64,000 bases of DNA from the NCBI RefSeq assembly GCF_028368995.1, contig NZ_JAQNDL010000003.1, forward strand, positions 2,112,001-2,176,000, in the 5' to 3' direction. The notes beneath the pieces were generated by a model that made no database searches, was not told the origin of the DNA, and worked only from the letters and a program-made list of their open reading frames with translations. Of the stretch, positions 53,295 through 62,620 are shown piece after piece (positions within the stretch are counted from its first letter, which is position 1; each line of letters begins with the position of its first letter). This DNA is from Nannocystis bainbridge. Its GTDB lineage: Bacteria; Myxococcota_A; Polyangia; Nannocystales; Nannocystaceae. A program made the translations under genes and the position numbers.

Positions 53295-54020
53295 GTGGTC
53301 CCTCGCCTCTCTCTGGTGGCAGCGTTCGTCCTCGGCCTCTTCGTCGGTCTCACCCCATTGGGCGAGCCGCGCGCCGGCGCCTGCCAGAAGCCCGGCGATT
53401 GCCCGACCGGTTTCACCTGCGCCCGCGGCTCCTGCGTCGCCGATCAGCTGCGTTGCGTGTTCGCCTGCGAGGGCCGCGACGTCCAGGGCGAGTGCGTCAC
53501 CTACGGCCAGGATTTCTGCGCCGCCGACGCCGTATGCGCCAAGGACTGCGCCGTGCGCAGCACCTACGGCGACTGCCACACCTGGGGCGCGGACGCCTGC
53601 GGCGAGTCCTTCGCCTGCTCCGTGCGGTGCAAGGAGCGCAGCACCGACGGCACCTGCCTCGCCTACGACCGTGACGCCTGCGGCACCCGCTACAAGTGCG
53701 CCAAGCACTGCGCTCAGCGGGCCCAGAACGGCACCTGCATGGCCTACGGCCCCGACGCTTGCGGCCCCAGCATGGCCTGCACCCCGCGCTGCCTCACCCG
53801 ATCGATCCACGGCGACTGCACCATGTGGGGCCAGGACGTCTGCGGCCCCTCCGCCACCTGCGCCCGCCGCTGCATCTCCCGCGACGGCGGCGGCACCTGC
53901 CTCGGCTGGGGCGGCGACGTGTGCGGCGAGGGAGCCGTCTGCGTCAAGCACTGCAACAGCCGCGGCAGCTTCGGCGCCTGCTTCGCCTTCGGCCCCGACG
54001 AGTGCGAAGCCGGCAACTGA
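53295..54020 (+). CDS. Secreted Cys-rich protein with seven 27-aa repeats
   Basis: Signal peptide; CQKPGDCPTGFTCARGSC module; 7x C-x3-C-x2-R-x3-G-x-C-x2-(Y/W/F)-x2-D-x-C. Confidence 0.8.
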   Translation: MVPRLSLVAAFVLGLFVGLTPLGEPRAGACQKPGDCPTGFTCARGSCVADQLRCVFACEGRDVQGECVTYGQDFCAADAVCAKDCAVRSTYGDCHTWGADACGESFACSVRCKERSTDGTCLAYDRDACGTRYKCAKHCAQRAQNGTCMAYGPDACGPSMACTPRCLTRSIHGDCTMWGQDVCGPSATCARRCISRDGGGTCLGWGGDVCGEGAVCVKHCNSRGSFGACFAFGPDECEAGN

Positions 54021-54195
54021 CCCCCTTTCGCCGCTGGCGTGCTCCACCGAGCCATCACTTCGTATTCAAACCCCGCGAGTGCGAAGCCAGATCCTCCACT
54101 CACATCACATGTCTCATAGGACATGTTGGTACCTCGACCCGCGTCCATTTCGAAGCGCGCAGCTCACCCACCATCCATCGCCCGTTCACACCGTT

Positions 54196-54431
54196 CGGCG
54201 AACCTGCGCAGCAAGAGCGCCCGTCCGTAAGCGCCGACGAATGTAGCCCCGCTCCCCCATACGGCGAACCTGCGCAGCAAGAGCGCCCGTCCGTAAACGC
54301 CGACGCACGTAGCCCTAGGGCCCCCGTGCAGCCCGCTCCCTCCGCGCGGCGAACCTGCTCAGCTCGAGCACCGCTCCATAATCGCCGAAGAACGCAGCCC
54401 CAAGACCCCCGCGCAGCCCGCTCCCCGCGCG
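54196..54431. repeat. Three imperfect direct repeats (66, 85 and ~85 bp)
   Basis: CGGCGAACCTGCGCAGCAAGAGCGCCCGTCCGTAA at 54196 and 54262; diverged copy at 54347. Confidence 0.8.
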
Positions 54432-54580
54432 CAGGAGGACGCGCCGAAAGCACGCCAGATGGCGGTTGTTCGGCGGCCAGCCCTGGCCGTCGAACAGCCG
54501 CCCCCCGGTCGGTTGCCTTCAACGATGACTGCATCGGAGCCGAGCGCGGCGCGTCGGCCTCTCACGGCTGCAGCCGTGCC

Positions 54581-54684
54581 GGGGGTCCGGGGAAGGGTCG
54601 ACCGACAATACGAGGCAGGATGAGCGCGAGGAACGAGCGTTCATCCCGACGCTGAACTGTCGGTCGACCCTTCCCCGGACCCCC
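54581..54684. repeat. 27-bp perfect inverted repeat with internal hairpin (REP/MITE-like)
   Basis: GGGGGTCCGGGGAAGGGTCGACCGACA at 54581-54607, reverse complement at 54658-54684; inner GGATGAGCGC...GCGTTCATCC. Confidence 0.8.
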
Positions 54685-54754
54685 TGCGAGACGCAGTCGG
54701 CAATTCGCGAAGCCCCCGCCCCCACTCCCCAAGGACATGTCCCCAAGGACAGAT

Positions 54755-57358
54755 TCAAACGCTCCACATCGACTGCACCCGCGCCCGCACCTTCCGCCGC
54801 GCCTCCCCGAACCCCGGCAAGCTCGCCAGCGGCTTCAGCGAAGGGCAGCGCTCCACCCACTCCACATCGATCAGCACCGAATCCGCCGCCTTCTGGAAGT
54901 ACACCAGCGCGTCCTCGTAGAACCCCCGCGCGCAGTACACCTCCACCACCAGCTGGCAGATCAGCGTGTGCAGCCGCGGGCTCACCCCGTCGGCCACGAT
55001 GCTGAGCACGTACGCGTCGAGCTCTTCCTTCGTCGACTCGCCCAGCAGCCCGCGCGCGTAGCCGACCGAGAACTTCGCGAAGCCCACCATCACCTCGTCG
55101 CGGATCGAATCGATCACATCGCGGACTCGATCCATGTCCCCGTACCAGCCTGCCACGCGCAGCCGGATCTGCGTCGTCGGGTTGCGGTAGCGCGCGTCGG
55201 CCTCGATGCTGCGGAGGATCTCCTCGTACTCACCCAGCTCCCCGCGCAGCGCGTGCACCCGCGCCACGTCGAACAGCCCCACGAACAGCCGCGGCTCGAG
55301 GTCCACTGCCAGGCGGGCGCGGGACACTCCTTCGCGCGTGTTCCCGGCCTCGCACTGCAGCTGCGCCAGATACTGGTGCGCGTGCGCGTACGTCGGTGCG
55401 ATCTCCAGCGCCTTCACCAGCGCCTGCACCGCGTCGCGCCACTCCCCGGTTTGCACCGCCAGCATCGCCTTCGCCAGGTGCGTCTCGGCCAGATCGGCCG
55501 CGTCCGCCAGCGCCCTGGCCAGCGCCCTGCGGGCCTCCGCCGCCCAATCGCGGTCCGCCGGCGCCTCCGAGAACGCCGGCAGGAACCACGCTCGCATGCA
55601 CGCCACCGCGTAGCTCGCCAGCGCCGGGCGGAACTCCGGCGCCAGCTGCATGCACCCCTCGAGCAGCTCGATCGCCCCGTCTTCGCCGAGGATGTGCAGG
55701 CTCGTGATCTTCCGCCGCGCCCGCAGGTACAGCGCCACCGCCTCGGCTGGCGCGTCGCCGCGGGCTGCCACCGTATTGAGCTCGACGCGGAGCGCCTCCG
55801 CGATCCGCTTGCTCATTCGGTCCTGCATCTCGAACACGTCTTCGATGCGGCTCTCGAACCGGTCGCTCCACAGCTGCGTCCCCGTCGCCACCTCCACCAG
55901 GCGCGCCAGCACCCGGATCTGCGACGGTGAGCACTGCACCGTCGCGTCGACCACCGCGTCGACCCCGAGGTTCGTGCCGATCGCCCGCGGATCGCGGTTG
56001 TCGCGGTACTGCGCCGTCGCCCCGCTGCCGAGCACCCGCAGCCCGCGGGTCCGCGACAGCACGTCGATGAGCTCATCGCTCAGCGCGTCGCCCAGGTAGC
56101 TCTGGTCGGGCGGACCTTGGTATCGGAACGGCAGCACCGCCAGCGCGCGATCGGCCGACGGCACCGGCGCCAGCGAGCGCATCGCCGCCGTCGGCATCAT
56201 CGACGAGCGACCGATCCCCGTCGCGCCGGCCACCGACCCACCCGCCGTCGCGTTGAGGCGCCCGCTCGCCAGCGTCGAAGGGGCCGCGGCCGTGATCGCG
56301 CTCGGCGTCAGCGCTCCGCCGGTCGACACGATCGTCGTCGCCTCGCGGTGGACCGCCGCGGCCATCGCCGCCAGCAGCGGCGCCCCGGCTTGCGGCGCCG
56401 CCGACTCGCCCACGCTGATCAGCCACGCCCGTAGCCGCTCGGCCACCTGGACCGCCCCGGCTGGCCGCTCATCTGGCTCCTGGGCCATGCACTGAAGCAC
56501 CAGTTCGCCGAGCAGCGGCGGCACGTCCTCGCGGATCGTCCGCGGGTCGGGCGGCGGCTGGGTCAGCCGGGCCAGCGCGACCGTCAGCGGCGACACCGGC
56601 CCCGACGCCCGCGCCTCGCCGGCGAACGGCAGCGTCCCCGTCAGCATCTCGAACAGCATCAGGCCGACCGCGTAGACATCGGTGCGGGTGTCGACCGGCT
56701 TGCCCGAGACCTGCTCGGGCGACATGTAGAGCGGCGTCCCGACCAGCCCCTGCGTGCGCCCGCCCTCGTCGGTCAGCGCGCGGGCGATGCCGAAGTCGGT
56801 GAGCACCACCCGGCCGGTGTTCTCGATCAGGATGTTGGCCGGCTTCAGGTCGCGGTGGACCACCCCCGCCGCGTGGGCCGCCGCCAGCCCCTCGCACACC
56901 GCCAGCATCACCCGCGCGGTCCGGGCCGGCTCGAGCGCCAGGCGCCGCCGCTCGCCGTCCTCGCGCACGCGCAGCACGTCCTGCAGCGTCGTGCCCTCGA
57001 TGAACTCCATGGTGATGAAGTGCGTCCCGCCGGCCTCGCCCATGTCATGGGTGCGGGCGACGTTGGGGTGGGTGATCCGGCGCGCCAACCTGACCTCGCG
57101 GCGGAACCACTCGAGCTGGTCCGGGGCGCGCGTGATCTCGATGTCGAGCACCTTGAGCGCGACCACGTCACCGACCATGGCATCCACGGCGCGGTACACC
57201 ACCCCCATCCCACCGCGACCGACCAGCCGCTCGACCCGGTAGCGACCGGCGTACAGCTCGCCCGAGGCGGCGAGCGGCCCCGTCGAGGTCGCCATCGGCG
57301 TCGCGGTCATGCCCTCGCCGAGCAGGGTCTTGTCGAGCGGATCGAACTGCTTGACCAC
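54755..57358 (-). CDS. Hanks-type Ser/Thr kinase with TolB-N-like and TPR domains
   Basis: GRGGMG, VALK, HRDLKPAN, DFG, GTPLYMSPE; ALAVLPF...LWSDRF; TPRs; start uncertain. Confidence 0.92.
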   Translation of the reverse strand: MVKQFDPLDKTLLGEGMTATPMATSTGPLAASGELYAGRYRVERLVGRGGMGVVYRAVDAMVGDVVALKVLDIEITRAPDQLEWFRREVRLARRITHPNVARTHDMGEAGGTHFITMEFIEGTTLQDVLRVREDGERRRLALEPARTARVMLAVCEGLAAAHAAGVVHRDLKPANILIENTGRVVLTDFGIARALTDEGGRTQGLVGTPLYMSPEQVSGKPVDTRTDVYAVGLMLFEMLTGTLPFAGEARASGPVSPLTVALARLTQPPPDPRTIREDVPPLLGELVLQCMAQEPDERPAGAVQVAERLRAWLISVGESAAPQAGAPLLAAMAAAVHREATTIVSTGGALTPSAITAAAPSTLASGRLNATAGGSVAGATGIGRSSMMPTAAMRSLAPVPSADRALAVLPFRYQGPPDQSYLGDALSDELIDVLSRTRGLRVLGSGATAQYRDNRDPRAIGTNLGVDAVVDATVQCSPSQIRVLARLVEVATGTQLWSDRFESRIEDVFEMQDRMSKRIAEALRVELNTVAARGDAPAEAVALYLRARRKITSLHILGEDGAIELLEGCMQLAPEFRPALASYAVACMRAWFLPAFSEAPADRDWAAEARRALARALADAADLAETHLAKAMLAVQTGEWRDAVQALVKALEIAPTYAHAHQYLAQLQCEAGNTREGVSRARLAVDLEPRLFVGLFDVARVHALRGELGEYEEILRSIEADARYRNPTTQIRLRVAGWYGDMDRVRDVIDSIRDEVMVGFAKFSVGYARGLLGESTKEELDAYVLSIVADGVSPRLHTLICQLVVEVYCARGFYEDALVYFQKAADSVLIDVEWVERCPSLKPLASLPGFGEARRKVRARVQSMWSV

Positions 57359-57620
57359 CGGCGCGAGCGTAACAGACCGGGTTGCGCCTGGCAGCGCGAT
57401 GGGCCTCGCACCCGAGCGCGCGGCCGCTCCGTGGCCACGCGCCCCGTCGCGCACCACGCGCAAACCCCACCACTGCGGTCCAGGGTCCCTTCCGTCCGCG
57501 CACCCCACGCCGCCACACCGACCGCTCGCTATGACGGCGACGCGCGCGCTCCCGTCCGCGGTCCCGCGCCGCCATCGGCCGCTGCGTCGGCAATCGCGAC
57601 CGGCGTGCTACGTACGCCGC

Positions 57621-58457
57621 ATGCACGATCCGGAGCTCGCGCTCGCCACCGCCGCCGCCCACGCCGCCGGGGCGGTGCTCCTCCGCCACTTCGAGGGCGT
57701 GTTCGAGGTCGAGACCAAATCCTCCCCGATCGACCTCGTCACCACCGCCGACCGCGCCGCCGAGGCGGTCGTGATCGAGGCCCTGCGCAGCGTTCATCCT
57801 GACCATTCGTTCCTGGCCGAAGAGTCCGGTCTCTCGGGACATGACCCGAAGTACACGATCTTGCCCGGCCCCGACGAGCTGCGGTGGGTCATCGACCCGC
57901 TCGACGGCACCACCAACTTCGCCCACGGCTTCCCTCACTTCTGCGTCTCGATCGCCCTGTGCGACGCTCACGGCCCGCGGCTCGGCGTGATCCACGACCC
58001 GATCCGCGGCGAGACCTTCGCCGCCGTGCGCGGCCAGGGCGCCCGGCTCGACCGCAATCCGCGCCCCGGTCGGGACCTCGCGGTGACCCACGCCGGTCGC
58101 CTGCAGCAGGCGCTGATCGCCACCGGCTTCTCGTACCAGCGGGCCACCACCCGCGACGACAACCTGGCCGAGTTCTGCCGCGTGGTCCCGCAGGTGTGTT
58201 GCGTGCGACGGGCCGGCAGCGCCGCGCTCGACCTCGCCTACGTCGCCGCCGGCCGGCTCGACGGCTACTGGGAGTACCACCTGCAGCCGTGGGACGTCGC
58301 CGCCGGCGCGCTGCTGGTGCAGGAGGCGGGCGGACAGATCCGGCGTTTGAGCGGCGCCCCGTGGCAGCTCGGCTGCGCCGACGTCGTCGCCGCCGGCCCG
58401 ACCCTGATGCCGATCTTGCTCGACGAGCTGCGCGCGGCCAAGATCGAGGCGCCATGA
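57621..58457 (+). CDS. suhB: Inositol monophosphatase family protein
   Basis: DLVTTAD, AEES, WVIDPLDGTTNFAHG, GSAALD, WDVAAG. Confidence 0.9.
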   Translation: MHDPELALATAAAHAAGAVLLRHFEGVFEVETKSSPIDLVTTADRAAEAVVIEALRSVHPDHSFLAEESGLSGHDPKYTILPGPDELRWVIDPLDGTTNFAHGFPHFCVSIALCDAHGPRLGVIHDPIRGETFAAVRGQGARLDRNPRPGRDLAVTHAGRLQQALIATGFSYQRATTRDDNLAEFCRVVPQVCCVRRAGSAALDLAYVAAGRLDGYWEYHLQPWDVAAGALLVQEAGGQIRRLSGAPWQLGCADVVAAGPTLMPILLDELRAAKIEAP

Positions 58458-58891
58458 AGACCAAGCAGCCGGGCCGCGGCAGCGCGCGCCGGACCCAGCG
58501 GCTGCTGCTGTGGTGCGCCGCCACCGACAGCACCTTCGAGCGCGCGGTCGCGGGCGACGGTCGGGCCGTGCTGACCGGCAAGTGCATCCACTGCAACGCC
58601 CGCCACACCCTCACCGAGGCCGGCGCGCCGCTGACCTCCGCCACCATCGAGCACATCGTCCCGCGCTCGCACGGGGGCACCGACGCGATCGTCAACCTCG
58701 CGATCGCCTGCGCCCGCTGCAACATCGGCAAGGGCCACCGCCTCGACGATCGCCCGTGGCAAGACCCCACCTTGCAGCGGGTCATCGCCACCTTGCAGGA
58801 GCGCCGAACCGCCCGCATGCGCCCGCCGCCCGACTGGCTCGACCTGCCCCCGCTGGCCCCCGCGCCCGACGGTGACGCCGACGAGCCCTGA
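58454..58891 (+). CDS. HNH endonuclease family protein
   Basis: CIHC...TIEHIVPRSHGGTDAIVNLAIACARCNIGKG; ATGA overlap with suhB. Confidence 0.88.
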   Translation: MKTKQPGRGSARRTQRLLLWCAATDSTFERAVAGDGRAVLTGKCIHCNARHTLTEAGAPLTSATIEHIVPRSHGGTDAIVNLAIACARCNIGKGHRLDDRPWQDPTLQRVIATLQERRTARMRPPPDWLDLPPLAPAPDGDADEP

Positions 58892-58944
58892 ACTGCTCCT
58901 GCGGCGCGCCGTGGGCCTCAACGAAGGCGCCGCCCGGCTCGACC

Positions 58945-59185
58945 CGTCCTCCGGGACATTTTTTATTGCGAGCCCAGGGCCCATGTGCCGGTTCGCGATG
59001 GGCCGAGCCGGCTCCCTGTCCTCAGGGACATCTGATTCCCAGGGCCTCCGGTGTCGGCTCGCAACGAGCCGAGCCGACGCGCAACGACCTGTCCAAAAGG
59101 ACATTTGATTCCAAGCCAGGGACCCGCTGTCGGTTCGGGCCGAGCCGACGCGCCACGACATGTCCAAAGGGACATCTTATTCCGC
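58945..59185. repeat. Four ~72-bp degenerate tandem units, each carrying TGTCC-N4-GGACA
   Basis: Cores at 58945, 59017, 59090, 59161 (spacing 72, 73, 71), each followed by an AT-rich ...ATT tract. Confidence 0.8.
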
Positions 59186-59393
59186 CCCCATGCTCGGGCC
59201 CGAACGACGCTCGCGCCTCCGCCCCTCCGCCCCTCTCGCCCGCGGGAATAACCCCCACCCCCTCGCGCGTGACCTACCCGAGCCGCGCGCGATGAGCCGC
59301 GGCGCCATGACTTCTCGAGCATGTCCCATCGGACATCTCGCCACCACGTGCGCGTGAGGCCTGGGCGCCGGCACGCCGCCGGAGGACCCTGCC

Positions 59394-60464
59394 ATGACCT
59401 CGATGCCCCCCAGCTCTGCCGGTCCCCCCGGCCATCTCCTCGCCCAGCGGCGTACCCGGACCTTGACCCTCGCCGTCGGCCTCGCCGCCGTCAGCGTGCT
59501 GGGCCTCGCCGTCCTGCTGCCGCCCCCGCCTGACGCCGGCAGCCAGGCCATCCGCGGCGCCGGCGTGTTCGCCCTGCTCGCCTTCGGCTTCCTCCTGCTC
59601 GGCGCTCTCCTGCGGCGCGTCCAGCTCGGCTGGCACCGCAGCCTGCGCGGCCTGCTCGTCGGCGCCGGCGAGGCCGTGTGGCGCCTCAGCCTGCGCCTGT
59701 GGCCGCGCGAGCCCGCCAGCGACGCCCAGGCCCCGCCCATGCGCCTGGGCGAGCGCATCGCCCTCGTCGCCGGCCTCGGCCTCACCGCCCTCGACGTCGT
59801 GCTCACCACCCTCCTGCTGCGCGACGTCTTCCCCGAGCCGCCCTACCGCTTCGACCTGTTCGGCCTGCTCTCGCCCGCGGCCGCCGAGTGGTCGTTCTAC
59901 GTCGCCGTCGCCGCCTTCAAGGCCGTGCTCGAGGTGTGGTTCGGCGTGTTCGACACCATCCGCGGCGGCGGCAGCACCCTGCGGTGGTTCGTGCTCGGCG
60001 GCGCCTCGGCCTTCGACGCCGCCCTGGCCGCCTCGCGCGGGCTCGTGCTCGCCGAGCAGGGCCTGGTCGGCTCCTCGGTCATGGTCAGCAACATCATCTT
60101 CATCGGCTTCGGCCTCGCCGTCCCGTGGGTCGCCGCGCACACCGGCGGCCTGCTGGTCAGCGCCATGGACGGCTGGCTGGCCCGCCTCGGCGTCCTGCGC
60201 CTCATCTCCGCCCTCCCGCGCCTCGCCGTGCTCGCCCTCCTGTGGCTGGCCGCGATCGCCGTCGGCGCCCCCGCCGTCGCCCTCGTGCTCGCCGTCGGCC
60301 TCGTGGTCGCCGTGTGGTCGGCCCTCGACGACGTCATCGCCACCATCCTCGGCCACGACGACGGCGCCCAGGCCCTCGCGCTCCCGGCCGAGGTCATGCG
60401 CGCCGCCGACGAACCCACGAACCCGCCGCACGCCCCGCTGCAGATGACCGCCAGCGTCTCCTGA
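59394..60464 (+). CDS. Multi-pass membrane protein of unknown function
   Basis: 356 aa, many hydrophobic segments, GGAGG Shine-Dalgarno, high GC3. Confidence 0.75.
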   Translation: MTSMPPSSAGPPGHLLAQRRTRTLTLAVGLAAVSVLGLAVLLPPPPDAGSQAIRGAGVFALLAFGFLLLGALLRRVQLGWHRSLRGLLVGAGEAVWRLSLRLWPREPASDAQAPPMRLGERIALVAGLGLTALDVVLTTLLLRDVFPEPPYRFDLFGLLSPAAAEWSFYVAVAAFKAVLEVWFGVFDTIRGGGSTLRWFVLGGASAFDAALAASRGLVLAEQGLVGSSVMVSNIIFIGFGLAVPWVAAHTGGLLVSAMDGWLARLGVLRLISALPRLAVLALLWLAAIAVGAPAVALVLAVGLVVAVWSALDDVIATILGHDDGAQALALPAEVMRAADEPTNPPHAPLQMTASVS

Positions 60465-60637
60465 GACCTGTCCCTTCGGTCATCTCCTGCCAGTACTCCC
60501 GCGACATGTCCCATGAGACATGTCTCCGCGCCGACCGGCGCGCCTGGACCGACATGTCCCTTTCGCCATGTCCTGTGATTCCTCTCCGCACCCGTCTTGA
60601 AGCCTGCCCCTCACCCTGCGCCGATCGGAGCTGTCCC

Positions 60638-61618
60638 ATGAGCCATCTTCAACCCCTCGCCGCTCTCGGCGGCCTGCTGCTCGGCGGCGCCCTGCTCGGC
60701 GGCCTGCTCTGGTGGCAGTCCGGCCTGCAGCCGCCGGCGCCCCACGACGACTGGCGCCCGCCCTGCCTCGCCCGCCTCGGCAAGACCTACGCCGCCTTCG
60801 CCCCGACCCGCGCCGCCGACGAGCGCCTGGCCCGCAACCTCCTGTTCGGCGTCGACCGCAGCGGCAGCAACCGCGAGCTCGCCGACGCCCAGCTCGACGC
60901 CGCCGTCGCCTACGCCGCCACCCTCGGCCCCGAAGCGGGCGTCGGCGTGCTGCTGATCACCGACCGCAGCGACCGCTCGACCACCCCCGACATGCCCTTC
61001 GAGCCAGGCGAGGTCGGCCAGCGCTGGACCGCCGCCCCGGTGCTGTGCGACGGCTGCAAGCCCGACAGCCTGTTCCAGCAGAAATGCCTCGAGCAGCTCG
61101 AGGTCGCCCAGGGCCGCCGCGTCGGCGAGCTCAACGCCGGCGAGGACGCCCGCCGCACCGGCCTGCAGGAGCAGCGGGCCCTGCGGATCCACGCCTGGCG
61201 CGACCAGGTCGCCGGCTACACCCCCAAACCCGGCACCTCGCTCCTGGCCTTCTTCACCAAGCTCGCCGACCTCCCGCCCGTGCGCCGCGAGCCCGAGCGC
61301 ACGGTCGTCGTCGTCATGTCGGACCTCGAGGCCAGCCAGGCCGGCGAGCGCAAGCAGCTCGACAAGTTCGAGCGCGCCTACCGGTCCTCCGGGACCTGTC
61401 CCGAAGCATCATGGCTGCCGAAGGGCATCTCCGGCCTCGAGATCGCCCTGGTCCAGAGCGTGCGCGACGGCATCGACGCCGACCTGTGGGCCCGCCGCTG
61501 GGACGCCGTGCTCACCTGCGCCGGCGCCCACGTCCGCCGCCACCGCTACAGCACCGCCGTCCCGCTGCGCCAGCTGCTCGACGACCCACCGGGCCCCGCG
61601 CTCGCGCTCGCCGACTGA
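60638..61618 (+). CDS. Membrane-anchored VWA-like domain protein
   Basis: N-terminal TM; MIDAS-like FGVDRSGS, GTS, VVVMSD. Confidence 0.7.
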   Translation: MSHLQPLAALGGLLLGGALLGGLLWWQSGLQPPAPHDDWRPPCLARLGKTYAAFAPTRAADERLARNLLFGVDRSGSNRELADAQLDAAVAYAATLGPEAGVGVLLITDRSDRSTTPDMPFEPGEVGQRWTAAPVLCDGCKPDSLFQQKCLEQLEVAQGRRVGELNAGEDARRTGLQEQRALRIHAWRDQVAGYTPKPGTSLLAFFTKLADLPPVRREPERTVVVVMSDLEASQAGERKQLDKFERAYRSSGTCPEASWLPKGISGLEIALVQSVRDGIDADLWARRWDAVLTCAGAHVRRHRYSTAVPLRQLLDDPPGPALALAD

Positions 61619-61640
61619 CCCGGCCGGGCCTCCATTCGGA

Positions 61641-61710
61641 TGTCCCCAAGGACATGCCCCTCCAGACATGCCCTTTCGAGCATGCCCGGGCGGACATGTC
61701 CTCTAATTCG
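61641..61710. repeat. Tiled array of four to five 14-bp TGTCC-N4-GGACA units
   Basis: TGTCCCCAAGGACA/TGCCCCTCCAGACA/TGCCCTTTCGAGCA/TGCCCGGGCGGACA/TGTCC between convergent stops. Confidence 0.85.
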
Positions 61711-62620
61711 CCGGGACCACCCCGAGCTCGCGCAGCCACGCCAGCATCGTCGCCGGCCACGTGCCCATCTGCGGCATCCCGGGCCGCTGGGCCAGGCCGA
61801 CCCCGTGGCGCCCGTCGTCGTACAGCTGCAGCCGCGACGAGGCCCCGCGCGCCCGCGCCGCCTCGTCGTAGAGCTCGCTGTTGTGGAACACCACCTTGGT
61901 GTCGTGGCGCGAGTGGACCAGCATCGCCGGCGGCGCGTCGGCCGTGACGCGCTGCTCGAGCGACAGCTCCTGCACCCGCTCCGGCGTCGCCGGCTCGTCG
62001 CCGAGCATGCTGCGCTTGCTGCGTTGGTGGGCCCAGCGATCGTCGAGCGTCACCACCGGATAGACCATGACGATGAAGTCCGGCCGGCACGACACCTGCT
62101 CGAGCGGGTCCTGGGCCGCGGCGTCGCCCTGCTTCGGGCACGCGGTGGCGACGAAGCCCGCCAGGTGCCCGCCGGCCGAGTAGCCGACGAAGCCGATCTT
62201 GCTCGCGTCGACCCCGAGCTCGCCCGCCTGCGCGCGCACCCGCTGGACCGCGCGCCGGCCGTCGGCCAGGAAATCGCGGTGGTGATAGCCGTCGCCGCTG
62301 ACGCGGTAGCGCAGCACCACCGCCACGAACCCCTGCTCGCTCAGCCAGCGGGCCGTCGGGAACGCCTCCGGCCGCAGCCCGCCGGTGTGCGCGTAGCTGC
62401 CCCCGGGCGCCACGATCGCCGCCGCCCCGTTGGCCTTGCCCGGCGCCGGCAAATAATAGAACAGCTCCGGCCGGTCGGCCTTGGCCGTCCCGCGGGCCCC
62501 CGGCGCCCCGTCGGGCCACAGCAGCTCGTGCCGGGCGAAGTCCCGCGGCGTGCAGCCGAGCGCGACCACCAGCCCCAAAGCACATGTCCCCAGGGACATG
62601 TATTTCAAGAAATGTCTCAT
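61703..62620 (-). CDS. Alpha/beta hydrolase (esterase) lipoprotein
   Basis: PGGSY oxyanion motif, GYSAGG nucleophile, HGVG; lipobox ALGC. Confidence 0.88.
   Translation of the reverse strand: MRHFLKYMSLGTCALGLVVALGCTPRDFARHELLWPDGAPGARGTAKADRPELFYYLPAPGKANGAAAIVAPGGSYAHTGGLRPEAFPTARWLSEQGFVAVVLRYRVSGDGYHHRDFLADGRRAVQRVRAQAGELGVDASKIGFVGYSAGGHLAGFVATACPKQGDAAAQDPLEQVSCRPDFIVMVYPVVTLDDRWAHQRSKRSMLGDEPATPERVQELSLEQRVTADAPPAMLVHSRHDTKVVFHNSELYDEAARARGASSRLQLYDDGRHGVGLAQRPGMPQMGTWPATMLAWLRELGVVPAN

Noticed and set aside
54196-54431. Possible mini-CRISPR
   Set aside because: Only three copies with unequal period, and similarity extends through the would-be spacers.
58945-59185. Possible CRISPR array (period about 72 bp)
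   Set aside because: The repeats are degenerate, the intervening segments resemble each other, and there are no cas genes in the window.
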